Of a DNA stretch of 64,000 bases, positions 50,205 to 59,643 are shown one piece after another. Position 1 is the stretch's first letter, and each line of letters starts with the position of its first letter. Below the pieces are notes generated by a model, which saw only the letters and a list, made by a program, of their open reading frames with translations, was not told the DNA's origin and searched no databases. The translations under genes and the position numbers were made by a program. Origin of the DNA: Ectobacillus sp. (lineage in GTDB: Bacteria; Bacillota; Bacilli; Bacillales; Bacillaceae_G); NCBI GenBank assembly GCA_048976805.1, contig JBHGUR010000035.1, positions 5,069-69,068 of the forward strand, written 5' to 3'.

Positions 50205-52349
50205 TTATGCCGTTTTCGCCGGCAATATGATATTAAATGTAGTTCCCTTATTTAGTTCACTTTCTATATATACTTTTCCATTATGGCTTTCTATAATTTT
50301 AAAGCTAACCATTAAGCCGAGCCCATTGCCATTTTTCTTCGTCGTATAAAACGGTTCTCCGATTTTTTTCAATTTTTCTTCCGGGATGCCTACTCCTGTA
50401 TCTTGAATGGAAATTTGCACATTTCGGTCCTTAACTTCCATTCTTACAAAAATGTCCCCACCGCTAGGCATAGCTTCGATTCCGTTTTTGATTAAATTGA
50501 GAAAGACTTGTTTCAAACGGTCTTCATCGCATTCCACTTGAATAATTTCATCCTCGCAGGCAAAATGCAGCCGCACATTTTTTTTACGGGCTTCAAATTC
50601 AAGCAGGGCAAGAATGTTTGTCATGACAGGAACGATATTTTGCTCCTTCAACTGCACAACCTTTGGCTTGGAGAGAACTAGGAAATCCTCCACAATTGAG
50701 TTAACCCGGTCGACTTCATCCAAAATAATATCCAAATATTCTTTTCGCTCTTCATCCGTTTCATCCAATTGGAGAAACTCTGCATATCCTTTCATCGATG
50801 TAAGCGGATTGCGGATTTCATGTGCAATTCCGGCAGCCATCTGGCCAACAGCTGCTAATTTATCTTGGCGCCGCAGCATCTCTTCTGTCTTTTTGCGCTC
50901 GGTAATGTCATTGCGGATTGCCAAATATTGATATGGCTTTCCATGGTCATTTACAAATGGAACTATCGTTGTATCTACCCAATAAAATGAACCGTCTTTC
51001 GCTTTGTTTCGAATTTCGCCTCTCCACACCTTGCCTTGTCCGATTGTTTTCCACATCTCTTGGAAAAATTCCTTGGAATGATACCTCGAATTTAAAATAG
51101 AGTGGGTACGGCCAATTAGCTCTTCACGGCTGTATCCAGATATTTCACAAAACTTATCGTTTACATTCGTAATGACGCCTTTTGCATCTGTAAAAGCAAC
51201 AATTGAGGATTGGTCTAAAGCAAATTTAATATCGCTCAATTCTTTTAACGTCGCCTTTAAATGCTTTTCTGTCATTTTTCTATCGGTAATATCATTGCGA
51301 ATCGATACATACTGATACGGCTTTCCCTTTTTGTTGAGAAACGGAACAATGGTTGTATCTACCCAATAAAATGAACCGTCTTTCGCTTTGTTTCGAATTT
51401 CGCCTCTCCACACCTTGCCTTGTCCGATTGTTTTCCACATCTCTTGGAAAAACTCCTTGGAATGATAACCCGAACTTAAAATGGAATGATTTTGTCCGAG
51501 CAGCTCATGTTCTGTATATTGGGAAATCTCAACGAACTTCTCATTTACATACGTAATAATTCCTCTTGGGTCTGTAATCGCAACGATTGAGGATGTATTG
51601 AGAGCGAAGGTAATATCTTTTAAATTTGTATCGCTCGTTGCCAATCTTTTACTAATGAGTGTACTTGAGCTTATGAGTCCGATAAGAATTAGAATGGAGG
51701 CGCATACAACGAGATATATCATGAAATTGGCTCCTGAAACCGGAAGCACGCCGCTATTAGAAGTGAAGCTAGAAGCTCTGACGAATAAAAAGTGGCTTTC
51801 TACGATAGCGCCGGTTACAAGAAGTGCGCTTACAGGCTTCATCCAAATATGCGTGTGATAAGACAGCCTCTTAGAATAAAATAACATCCAGAATGAAAAT
51901 AAAAAGGTGCCAAACAGCATAAGGGCAGAAATAACAAGAATGAAAATATGATAGCGGGCAGCCATATTGATGCTGTATATTCCGATGATATAAATAGATA
52001 GTGCGGCAAACGTCATAAATAAGCTTCCAATCACGAGATGCCGAAATTTAGTAGTTTCACTGCTGATTATATAAAAAGCAACTCCGGTAAAAGAAAACCC
52101 AACAACCAGTGATAATATAATGATAGGGCTGTTAAATGATTGAAACCTGTCTAAATCCCTTGCGATGACCCCGAAGAAGTTCATAACCCAAATGCCGATG
52201 GTCATCGAAAATACTCCTCCTAAAAACAAAAAGCTCCTGTTCCGCTCTGTTGACCTTAAGAGTATGAGTAGATCAAAAGCAGTAAATGAAGCCATAATAG
52301 TTAAAATAATTGCGATAAACACGAGAATAGGATTGACAATTTGTATCAT
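50205..52349 (-). CDS. MHYT-like membrane sensor + tandem PAS histidine kinase
   Basis: About 6-7 TM helices, two PAS/PAC domains, AHEIRNPL, NLIKNGIEA, GNGLGL motifs. Confidence 0.92.
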   Translation of the reverse strand: MIQIVNPILVFIAIILTIMASFTAFDLLILLRSTERNRSFLFLGGVFSMTIGIWVMNFFGVIARDLDRFQSFNSPIIILSLVVGFSFTGVAFYIISSETTKFRHLVIGSLFMTFAALSIYIIGIYSINMAARYHIFILVISALMLFGTFLFSFWMLFYSKRLSYHTHIWMKPVSALLVTGAIVESHFLFVRASSFTSNSGVLPVSGANFMIYLVVCASILILIGLISSSTLISKRLATSDTNLKDITFALNTSSIVAITDPRGIITYVNEKFVEISQYTEHELLGQNHSILSSGYHSKEFFQEMWKTIGQGKVWRGEIRNKAKDGSFYWVDTTIVPFLNKKGKPYQYVSIRNDITDRKMTEKHLKATLKELSDIKFALDQSSIVAFTDAKGVITNVNDKFCEISGYSREELIGRTHSILNSRYHSKEFFQEMWKTIGQGKVWRGEIRNKAKDGSFYWVDTTIVPFVNDHGKPYQYLAIRNDITERKKTEEMLRRQDKLAAVGQMAAGIAHEIRNPLTSMKGYAEFLQLDETDEERKEYLDIILDEVDRVNSIVEDFLVLSKPKVVQLKEQNIVPVMTNILALLEFEARKKNVRLHFACEDEIIQVECDEDRLKQVFLNLIKNGIEAMPSGGDIFVRMEVKDRNVQISIQDTGVGIPEEKLKKIGEPFYTTKKNGNGLGLMVSFKIIESHNGKVYIESELNKGTTFNIILPAKTA

Positions 52350-52476
52350 TATTTTATAGCCTTTCTGTTAAAAAATAGTTTACACTATGATTGTAATGGA
52401 AAACTACTTTCTAGGGAAGTAGGGAAATATTTTATAGCAATAAAAAAGCTCTCCATCAACATGAAGAGCCCCTCTT

Positions 52477-52842
52477 TTAATGTGTTTGCTGCTTCAGTTC
52501 ACGCATACATTCCTGTACGATCGTTACCGCCTGGCTCATTGCTGCCCCGCCGGCAAAGGCAGCCGCCACGCCGCACGCTTCAAGCACTTCTTCATCGGAG
52601 CAGCCTTGATCCATACAACCTTTTGTATGGTAAATAGTACAGTACTCATCTCGCGTTGCCAAACTAATGCCAAGCGCAATTAATTGTTTCTCCCGCTTAG
52701 ATAAGGCTCCTTCTTGAAAACAAGTTTGAGCAAAAGCATTATATGCCTCTGCGATTTCCGGCATTTTTTGGGTAAACTCCCCTAATCCTTCTTTGTATTG
52801 ATGCAGCGCTTGCTCTGTAGAACTATGGAATTCATGTTCCAA
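52477..52842 (-). CDS. carboxymuconolactone decarboxylase/AhpD family protein
   Basis: LSKREKQLIALGIS, DEYCTIYH motifs; TTG start after GAGGTG. Confidence 0.85.
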   Translation of the reverse strand: MEHEFHSSTEQALHQYKEGLGEFTQKMPEIAEAYNAFAQTCFQEGALSKREKQLIALGISLATRDEYCTIYHTKGCMDQGCSDEEVLEACGVAAAFAGGAAMSQAVTIVQECMRELKQQTH

Positions 52843-52922
52843 GCACCTCACTCCTTTTCGCTTTTGTCATGCTTTAGTATGCTTTTCGCCTCAATTTATA
52901 TGCCACCCTCCCTTAAAAAGAA

Positions 52923-53067
52923 GGCTCTGTTAAAGGCTCATGTTGATTTGGATTCCTTTGTTGATTGGGAACGCAAGGCGGCGACTCCAGCGGGAAAAGC
53001 GGCTCGGCCCCGCCCGCGGAAAGCGTCCGCCTGTAGTGGAAAAGCAACAATCAAGTGTAACAGAGCC
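52923..53067 (+). repeat. Bacillaceae-1-like repeat
   Basis: GGCTCTGTTAAAG...GTAACAGAGCC ends; GCGACTCCAGCGGGAAAAGCGG..CCCGCGGAAAGCG core. Confidence 0.85.
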
Positions 53068-53136
53068 AAAAAGAAAAACATTAAAATGATTTATGAGTAA
53101 AATTCTACTTTTTCCACATACTATAAGAAAAAATTC

Positions 53137-53219
53137 GGACTTGTAGCTCAACTGGTTAGAGCGGTCAATACCCCATACGAGTTATTGGCAGTTTGCGGGT
53201 TCAAATCCCGCCAAGTCCA
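53137..53219 (+). ncRNA. tRNA-like RNA with an enlarged (26-nt) anticodon arm
   Basis: Acceptor GGACTTG/CAAGTCC, D arm GCTC-AACTGGTTA-GAGC, T arm GCGGG-TTCAAAT-CCCGC; anticodon stem GTCAA/TTGGC closes 16 nt. Confidence 0.8.
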
Positions 53220-53304
53220 TTCCGCAAATACTAACCATTTTTCTCTAAGGGATTTCTATAGTGTTGTGATGCTAAAAAAGTGGTATATAATAGTAAATAT
53301 TAAA

Positions 53305-53532
53305 ATGACAAGAAGAATTTTTTTACGCCGTAAAATCCCCGCCTATATTTCTAATGTAGCGCTGGAAGACCAACATAAAATCGGCTTTGTCCTATCCGTT
53401 AAACCGTATGATGAAAAAACGGAAGCTGACCTCTATTTTGAAGCATACTTAAAAGAACGCGGGTTGTATATAGGCGATGAAGAAGCAGAAACAGATAAAA
53501 TTGTTATACGAAAAAAGGCAGAATTTTTATAA
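53305..53532 (+). CDS. small hypothetical protein
   Basis: 75-codon ORF, weak RBS. Confidence 0.35.
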   Translation: MTRRIFLRRKIPAYISNVALEDQHKIGFVLSVKPYDEKTEADLYFEAYLKERGLYIGDEEAETDKIVIRKKAEFL

Positions 53533-53603
53533 GCCGCTTTTTTTGGCTAAACAAAACATCCCGCAGCTTATAAACTGCGGGATGTTTTGCTGGTATGAAA
53601 TTG

Positions 53604-56396
53604 TCATCCGATAGGTTCAATTTCCGCTTCAAAATTTGAAGGCTGACTGAGAGGCGCCGTATTCGGATTTATCATCATTTCATATTGGCGCAATCTTAAT
53701 TCAAATAATGTTAATGGATCATGGTATAACTCCGGTCTTGCTTTCATTTTGCTTAATCCGTCTCGGCTCGCTTGGATCTCCAAATGCGTTTCTTCTATTG
53801 TTTGCTTAAGAGTTGTGAACGGTTCCCTGAAAAACATAGTAATATCACGTTCCAACGACGTTTCGAACAGTTCGAACTGCCGGAAGAACATCGCGGAAAC
53901 AGAAGCGGCAACCTCACTATAATCCTCGTTCTCCAAATACTTTTTATATTTGTTATATAGCATCGCCTTGTTTTGCCCAAGACCGCCAAACAGTTTGCCG
54001 GCACTTTTTAATAAAAACTGAGCCGGTTTAAAACGAAGCATAATATTCACTTCATCAATTTGAATTCTACTTGTCATACGGTCCGCATCGCGCTGCCAAT
54101 CGTTTAATACTCTAAAATCGCATTTTAGCTTCATTCGCTCCTCTTCATATAAGGAATTGAATGTATCGCTCATTTCATCTAAATATGCCTGGCTTTGCGT
54201 AAACTCCTCATTCGCGTTTGCAATCCACTCCTGAATGGAACTGGAAAACTTCGGAAGTATCGTTTCTTGTAAGTAATCTTGAATTCTTTTGTTCATCTCT
54301 TCATTGAGTTCGACATGAATATGGCGGAAATCACTCTCCTCATGAATTAAATCGGAACAGCCCCGGAGAAGCTGCGGAATATTCCTGGCAATCTCCTTTG
54401 TAATATCGTCTTTGATTGTAAGATATGATTGTGCAATAATTTGTGCCTTTTCCTTTTCTAATGCGGAAAGATTATTAATAAAACCGTTCAGTTTCACTAA
54501 AATATCTTCATTCCATTGGATGGACTGAATGAAGCCATTTTCCATCTCCACCCGTTTAGCCAGCAAATACGTAATAATCTTCCTGATGAAGAACAGCAGC
54601 TTCACAATTCGCTCCTGATCAAGACTTCGATTGCTAAAGTTAAGCTTAATAAATTCAGCAAATTCGCTGAGCTGTTGATTGTTTGTATACAAAGAAGAGT
54701 ATGGGAATACCTTCGCATTCGGAAACAGTTCAGAGATTCGCTCTTTTGTTTCTTTTATAATTCTCGCAGCTTCCGCTTCATTATAAATAGTATCCATTTT
54801 ATTTAAAAGAAAATGAACAGGAAGGTCCGGTGCATACGTTTGAATTTGCGATAAAATTTCCCGCTCTTTATCTGTAAAAGGCGCCCCTGCGTTAAGAACA
54901 AATAATAAGCTATCTGCTAAATGCAAATAATTAAAGGTTTCATTTCTCTCGTTGCTGTTCGTATGAAATCCCGGTGTATCAATCAATGTTAGTGCATTCT
55001 TATTTAAAAATCTGCACGGCAATTTGAATTCAATACAGGATTCCCCGATATCCGTTGGGTGCTTCGCCGTTGTTATCTCATCAAATTCAGAAAGGTCGGA
55101 AATCGCATGGATTTGTGTATCCGTTATTTCATTTATTTCCGTACGAACATTATCATTGAATACAATTACAGTTGCAGTTGACGCACTTAAAATAGTTTCG
55201 CCCAGTATAGAATTAATAAATGCAGATTTCCCGCTTCCGCTAACTCCTGCTACGAGCAAATGGTTCGTCTTTAAATCTGCCAATTCCCGAACCCACCATT
55301 TAAAGCGGTACCCAACTTCCAATTCATTAATCTGAGCCCATTTCATAATGGATTCAAATAAATGTAAGCTATATGCAAGTCCGTCTGTATAATTATTGGC
55401 ATGATACAAGGAAGCTTCCGCATCTTTTACGACTGCGCCGCTCATACTAGAAGGGAACACTTCATTCCAAGCCAATATGCCGGCAGCAGCAAACAGCACT
55501 TGCGATTCGCCGGCCAACTTATGCCAATTCGTTAACAAGTTAGGCACGATATGATGAATTTCCTTAATTGCATACTCCCCATCAATCAGTTCGCAATATG
55601 TTTGCTCATAAAGGGCAGAGATTTCATACCAAGAATCGTACGGATTGATTTCAACATGCAAGAAAAGCTTATTAATTGTTTGAATCCATAATAAATAGGA
55701 ATCCTCGTTTTTATAGTTCCCCCATAAGGAAGACACAACTTCTTTAAAATGCACTTGATCTATTTTATATAGCGACATGAGTGCATCATAAAAATAGGCA
55801 GGCTCCATTTTTTTTGTATACCCTTTATCAATATAGTCCTTTAAAATTTGGAACCAATGAAGCGCCTCTGTCCGAATCCCTTCATTTACCGCCAGTTCTA
55901 CAGCACTGCCCCAGTCTCGTTGTTCTTCGTAAAACGCGCGGGCAAGCGCCGTTACATTCGGATAATCCGGATGCAGCGAAACAGCTCCTTTAATTACTTT
56001 AAAAGCAGATTCAAACAACTCTTGCTCTATGTAAAGAGAAAATAGCTGTAACACCACTTCTATTTGAAGTGTTTTGCTTTCTGTTGCGATGGATGTATAA
56101 ATATCTTCTGCTGTTTTAAAATCCTGAAGCTCAAAATAGGAATCTGCAATATTTTTTTTAGCCCAAGGCTCCAATTCATTATCAATTTTCTCCCATTTGA
56201 AAATAGCTGCCTCAAAATCTTTGCTGTGATAATACAACTCCCCCTGCGCGAAGCGAATATAAGATATATCGGATAGTTCATTTTTCGCCTCTGCTATATA
56301 CGCTTCCCCAAGCAATTGAATCAGATTGTTTGTCTCTGTTTCTGTGATAAATGTTTCATAATACGTCTTTTTAATCAGTTGATTTTCTAATGTCAT
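53604..56396 (-). CDS. TPR-repeat + dynamin-like GTPase
   Basis: N-terminal TPR-like helices; GVSGSGKS (G1), LIDTPG (G3), LNKMD (G4); helical C-terminal stalk. Confidence 0.8.
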   Translation of the reverse strand: MTLENQLIKKTYYETFITETETNNLIQLLGEAYIAEAKNELSDISYIRFAQGELYYHSKDFEAAIFKWEKIDNELEPWAKKNIADSYFELQDFKTAEDIYTSIATESKTLQIEVVLQLFSLYIEQELFESAFKVIKGAVSLHPDYPNVTALARAFYEEQRDWGSAVELAVNEGIRTEALHWFQILKDYIDKGYTKKMEPAYFYDALMSLYKIDQVHFKEVVSSLWGNYKNEDSYLLWIQTINKLFLHVEINPYDSWYEISALYEQTYCELIDGEYAIKEIHHIVPNLLTNWHKLAGESQVLFAAAGILAWNEVFPSSMSGAVVKDAEASLYHANNYTDGLAYSLHLFESIMKWAQINELEVGYRFKWWVRELADLKTNHLLVAGVSGSGKSAFINSILGETILSASTATVIVFNDNVRTEINEITDTQIHAISDLSEFDEITTAKHPTDIGESCIEFKLPCRFLNKNALTLIDTPGFHTNSNERNETFNYLHLADSLLFVLNAGAPFTDKEREILSQIQTYAPDLPVHFLLNKMDTIYNEAEAARIIKETKERISELFPNAKVFPYSSLYTNNQQLSEFAEFIKLNFSNRSLDQERIVKLLFFIRKIITYLLAKRVEMENGFIQSIQWNEDILVKLNGFINNLSALEKEKAQIIAQSYLTIKDDITKEIARNIPQLLRGCSDLIHEESDFRHIHVELNEEMNKRIQDYLQETILPKFSSSIQEWIANANEEFTQSQAYLDEMSDTFNSLYEEERMKLKCDFRVLNDWQRDADRMTSRIQIDEVNIMLRFKPAQFLLKSAGKLFGGLGQNKAMLYNKYKKYLENEDYSEVAASVSAMFFRQFELFETSLERDITMFFREPFTTLKQTIEETHLEIQASRDGLSKMKARPELYHDPLTLFELRLRQYEMMINPNTAPLSQPSNFEAEIEPIG

Positions 56397-56623
56397 GTTT
56401 TTCCCCCGCTATATATTTTCAAATTATGTTCATTTGAAAGGGATTAGAATTTCTCTCTTTGTGTGTCAACACTAGTATAGCTTCCTTTCTTTATGTACCT
56501 ATTCTAACAGAAACTTCTCTACTAAAAATTTCATTTTGTTTTCATTTTTGAAACAAGACTGTATAAAATTAAGATATCTCAAAATGTAAACCTTTACATC
56601 CGTTATACGCTTGTAACATAAAG

Positions 56624-56704
56624 CTACAAACTAAAATTCTCCAAGCTTTTGTCCATCATCTCCTGGTTAATTCCAATATACTTTAACGTAATGCTTGGTT
56701 TTGT
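56624..56704 (-). pseudogene. tyrosine recombinase C-terminal remnant
   Basis: TKPSITLKYIGINQEMMDKSLENFSL-stop, including the catalytic-Tyr ITLxYIG motif. Confidence 0.65.
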
Positions 56705-56761
56705 CTATATGGGGTCCCACCAGCAAAACGCGAATTTACAACGTTAAGGAAGCCCCAATAT

Positions 56762-56802
56762 AAAAAACCCAATTTCAGTATTTGAAAGAAATTGGGTTTT
56801 TT
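56762..56802. terminator. bidirectional terminator inside the left end of the transposon
   Basis: AAAAACCCAATTTC / GAAATTGGGTTTTT inverted repeat. Confidence 0.7.
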
Positions 56803-56839
56803 CAATAATCCATAAATTTGTTGTTTAGTGTTTTTATAT

Positions 56840-58069
56840 TTAGTTTGATAAATCTGTGTGGCTTAATTTATTTTCCTTAGTACTTTCACTTACCCTTAAC
56901 CAAATGTTTCCTATACATATCAAAATTGCTAGCAGAAATAAAGGTACTTTATATCCTTTAAAAATATCAATTAATATCCCAAATAAAGAAGGTGCAATTA
57001 CAATAAAAAATTGATTTATAGTTAATGCAACACTAACCGTCAAACTAATAAAATTTTTATTGGATTTTTCTGAAACAAGAACAATAAATAGACTAAACCA
57101 TCCCATGCCCAAAAAACCAATAAAGAAAGATAATATTCCGTTTGCCCAAAAGGGGAGATAAGAAGAGAATATAGCCAATAATATAATAAATATTACAGTA
57201 ACCCACATTGTTAATTGTAAAGGTACACTTCTATTCCCTTTAAAAATTGTATCACTCAACCAAGCTAATATTATTCTTCCAAGCATTCCACCTAATAAAG
57301 AAATACTAAGTAATAGTCCAGAAGAAGATAAATTAATGTTTAAGCTATTTGAAAAGAAATTCATTAAATGAGCAACAATAATTAGTTGTAATGAAACCAT
57401 TATTCCACCGACAAAAAATATGGGATACAATTCATGATTGTTTTTAATAATCTTAATTTTTGTCATGAATGTATAATTGCTTTCTTTATCTTTGGTAATT
57501 TTTAAGTCTTTATAAAATAACAAAAATACTAAACCACCTATAATTGTTAATGTTCCTTGAACAATTATGGCGGAAGATAACCCAGATTTATAATAAAAGA
57601 AAGGTAATATACCTGAAGCCAATGCCCCACCGACTGGAATTCCGGTTTGCCGAATACCCATTGCAACGCCTCGATGTTTTTTGGGGAACCACTTAACAAT
57701 TGCACTGCTTCCTCCGGGTTGAGCTGTGCCATACCATATACCTACTAAAGTAAGAATTCCTAGAAAAAGAAAATAGTTATTTGTTAAATTAACAACAAAA
57801 ACATTTAATCCTAATAAAATTGCCCCGATTCCTACAATCCATTTTTCCCCATATTTATCCATTAAATTTCCGAATATAATCATAGAAAATATAGGTCCAA
57901 TATTAACAGCAGATACAATTAAGCCAGTTTCAAAATGTGATAAATTATGTTCTTTTTGATAAAAAGTTGCTAAGGGGCCCATACCATATGTAACAAAAGT
58001 TGCACACATTTGAGCTAATGTAGCTATTAATAAAATAATCCATTTATATCTTCCCTGTTCATATATCAT
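56840..58069 (-). CDS. MFS transporter (transposon cargo)
   Basis: About 12 TM helices; GNLMDKYGEK loop, WFPKKHRGVAMG, AWLSD motifs; AT-rich. Confidence 0.9.
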   Translation of the reverse strand: MIYEQGRYKWIILLIATLAQMCATFVTYGMGPLATFYQKEHNLSHFETGLIVSAVNIGPIFSMIIFGNLMDKYGEKWIVGIGAILLGLNVFVVNLTNNYFLFLGILTLVGIWYGTAQPGGSSAIVKWFPKKHRGVAMGIRQTGIPVGGALASGILPFFYYKSGLSSAIIVQGTLTIIGGLVFLLFYKDLKITKDKESNYTFMTKIKIIKNNHELYPIFFVGGIMVSLQLIIVAHLMNFFSNSLNINLSSSGLLLSISLLGGMLGRIILAWLSDTIFKGNRSVPLQLTMWVTVIFIILLAIFSSYLPFWANGILSFFIGFLGMGWFSLFIVLVSEKSNKNFISLTVSVALTINQFFIVIAPSLFGILIDIFKGYKVPLFLLAILICIGNIWLRVSESTKENKLSHTDLSN

Positions 58070-58170
58070 TATTAATCCTTTCTTAAACAATTAAGTTTTA
58101 TTTATTGTTTTATATAATTGATTTAAAGCCTTCCAAAATATCAATATATGTTTTTGGAAGGCTTTAGAAA

Positions 58171-59196
58171 TTATATTGTCACAGCCTCATGAACAGGAGT
58201 AAAAACCCGTTTCTTAACCTGTTTTAGATTCCTATGATTCCATAAATCTGGAGCAACAAGAACTCTTTGTACCCACCGAAGAGCATTTCCATTTTTATCA
58301 AAAGTAGGAACAAACTGATCACGTGAATGTAGTGTAAATCTATTATTTACATAAATAAGGCGTCCTGGAGCAATATCTACTCCAAAACCTACTTTCTGAA
58401 TTGCTGTATGGAAATTTTTAAGCGCACTATCTGCCTCACTATTTTGAGGAGATACCATATCAGGATAAAAAGCAACAGAAATTTCTGGAGAATTATTTTC
58501 TCCTTGTATAATTGGAACTAAGTCAGTCACTTGCATGTCACCAGGAATAGATAATCTCCATCTATATGGAACTTTAATTTGATAAATAGGTTGTTTTAAT
58601 AAATCAATTTCTTTTTCTGATAAAAGGTTAAGAGCTTCTCTCGCATCTGATATCCGAGTGAGAGGTTTTTGAGGATCATGGCGTACTCCTGTTAAAATTA
58701 GACCAGAGGGAGAGAAATTCCAATCACCCATAAATTTAAGGGCTGCATTTTCTATATGAAAATCTAATTCTACTTCGGATCCTAACCCTGTATATTCCTT
58801 TTTATTCTCTATCTTGGGAATTAAATTGTTAACAATTTCGTGTCCTTCATGCAACATAGAGTAAGGCTCCCCAATTAGTGAACTAATAGTCATAATTACA
58901 TTTTCGCTTATAAATCCAGATTTAGCCTTTGGATTAAATTTTTGTGGGTCTGGTGTTGTATATACAATATCATCTACAGGGAGGTTTTCAATCAAAATAT
59001 AGGGACAAGACGATAATGAGGCTTTTATCTCGTTAAGACGCTCTAATATTCTAGGAGGTAATGCATTAAAGCCTATTTTTCTTACCTCAGTCACATATTG
59101 AAAGGAGCCAGTAGGATCATATGAGATCTTATTAAGTTCTTTGTATAAAAAATCTCTTTCGCTATCACTTAAAGTAAGTATAAATTTTGAATTCAT
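58171..59196 (-). CDS. Fe(II)/2-oxoglutarate oxygenase, clavaminate synthase/AsnO/TauD-like (transposon cargo)
   Basis: LDFHIEN (HxE), VNNRFTLHSRDQF (distal His), RWVQRV (2OG Arg); AGGAG RBS. Confidence 0.82.
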   Translation of the reverse strand: MNSKFILTLSDSERDFLYKELNKISYDPTGSFQYVTEVRKIGFNALPPRILERLNEIKASLSSCPYILIENLPVDDIVYTTPDPQKFNPKAKSGFISENVIMTISSLIGEPYSMLHEGHEIVNNLIPKIENKKEYTGLGSEVELDFHIENAALKFMGDWNFSPSGLILTGVRHDPQKPLTRISDAREALNLLSEKEIDLLKQPIYQIKVPYRWRLSIPGDMQVTDLVPIIQGENNSPEISVAFYPDMVSPQNSEADSALKNFHTAIQKVGFGVDIAPGRLIYVNNRFTLHSRDQFVPTFDKNGNALRWVQRVLVAPDLWNHRNLKQVKKRVFTPVHEAVTI

Positions 59197-59494
59197 TTTT
59201 TCATCTCCTATAAGCTTATTTTAAATAAAAGTGCTTATGTAATTTCAAAAGATGTTATGAATTAAAATATGAATTTTCTCCTTTCGCTATTTTATTAAGC
59301 CATATGCGTTACTATAGAATAGCTATTTGTCAAAATCAACATATTATGTAAAACTTTACCAAATATAAAAATAAGTAATATTTATGATAAAATTTTCAAG
59401 AAAATAAAATAATTTTTACGGATTAAACATATGTGGCAGTACCTAATGGAATAACATTAATAACGTTTTAAGCAAGTAAGAATGTTTCATGCAT

Positions 59495-59612
59495 GTGCCC
59501 TTTCAAAAAGCATACTTTATGACATGTTGGAAATCATGTATTATTTCCGTGTCATAAAGTGTGTTTTTTATTTTTGAAATATTTTATATTGTTGATATAC
59601 TTTTTGACATAG
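59495..59612. promoter_or_regulatory. putative res site
   Basis: Repeated TACTTT(A/T)TGACA half-sites at 59513-59524 and 59598-59609, inverted at 59550-59560, upstream of the resolvase. Confidence 0.6.
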
Positions 59613-59643
59613 TTTAATAGTTTTTCAGAAGGAGTTGCTATTA

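Noticed and set aside
53137-53219. Ordinary tRNA-Met/Ile2 or tRNA-Trp
   Set aside because: No 5-bp stem with a 7-nt loop and U33 can be drawn at the canonical position; kept as tRNA-like.
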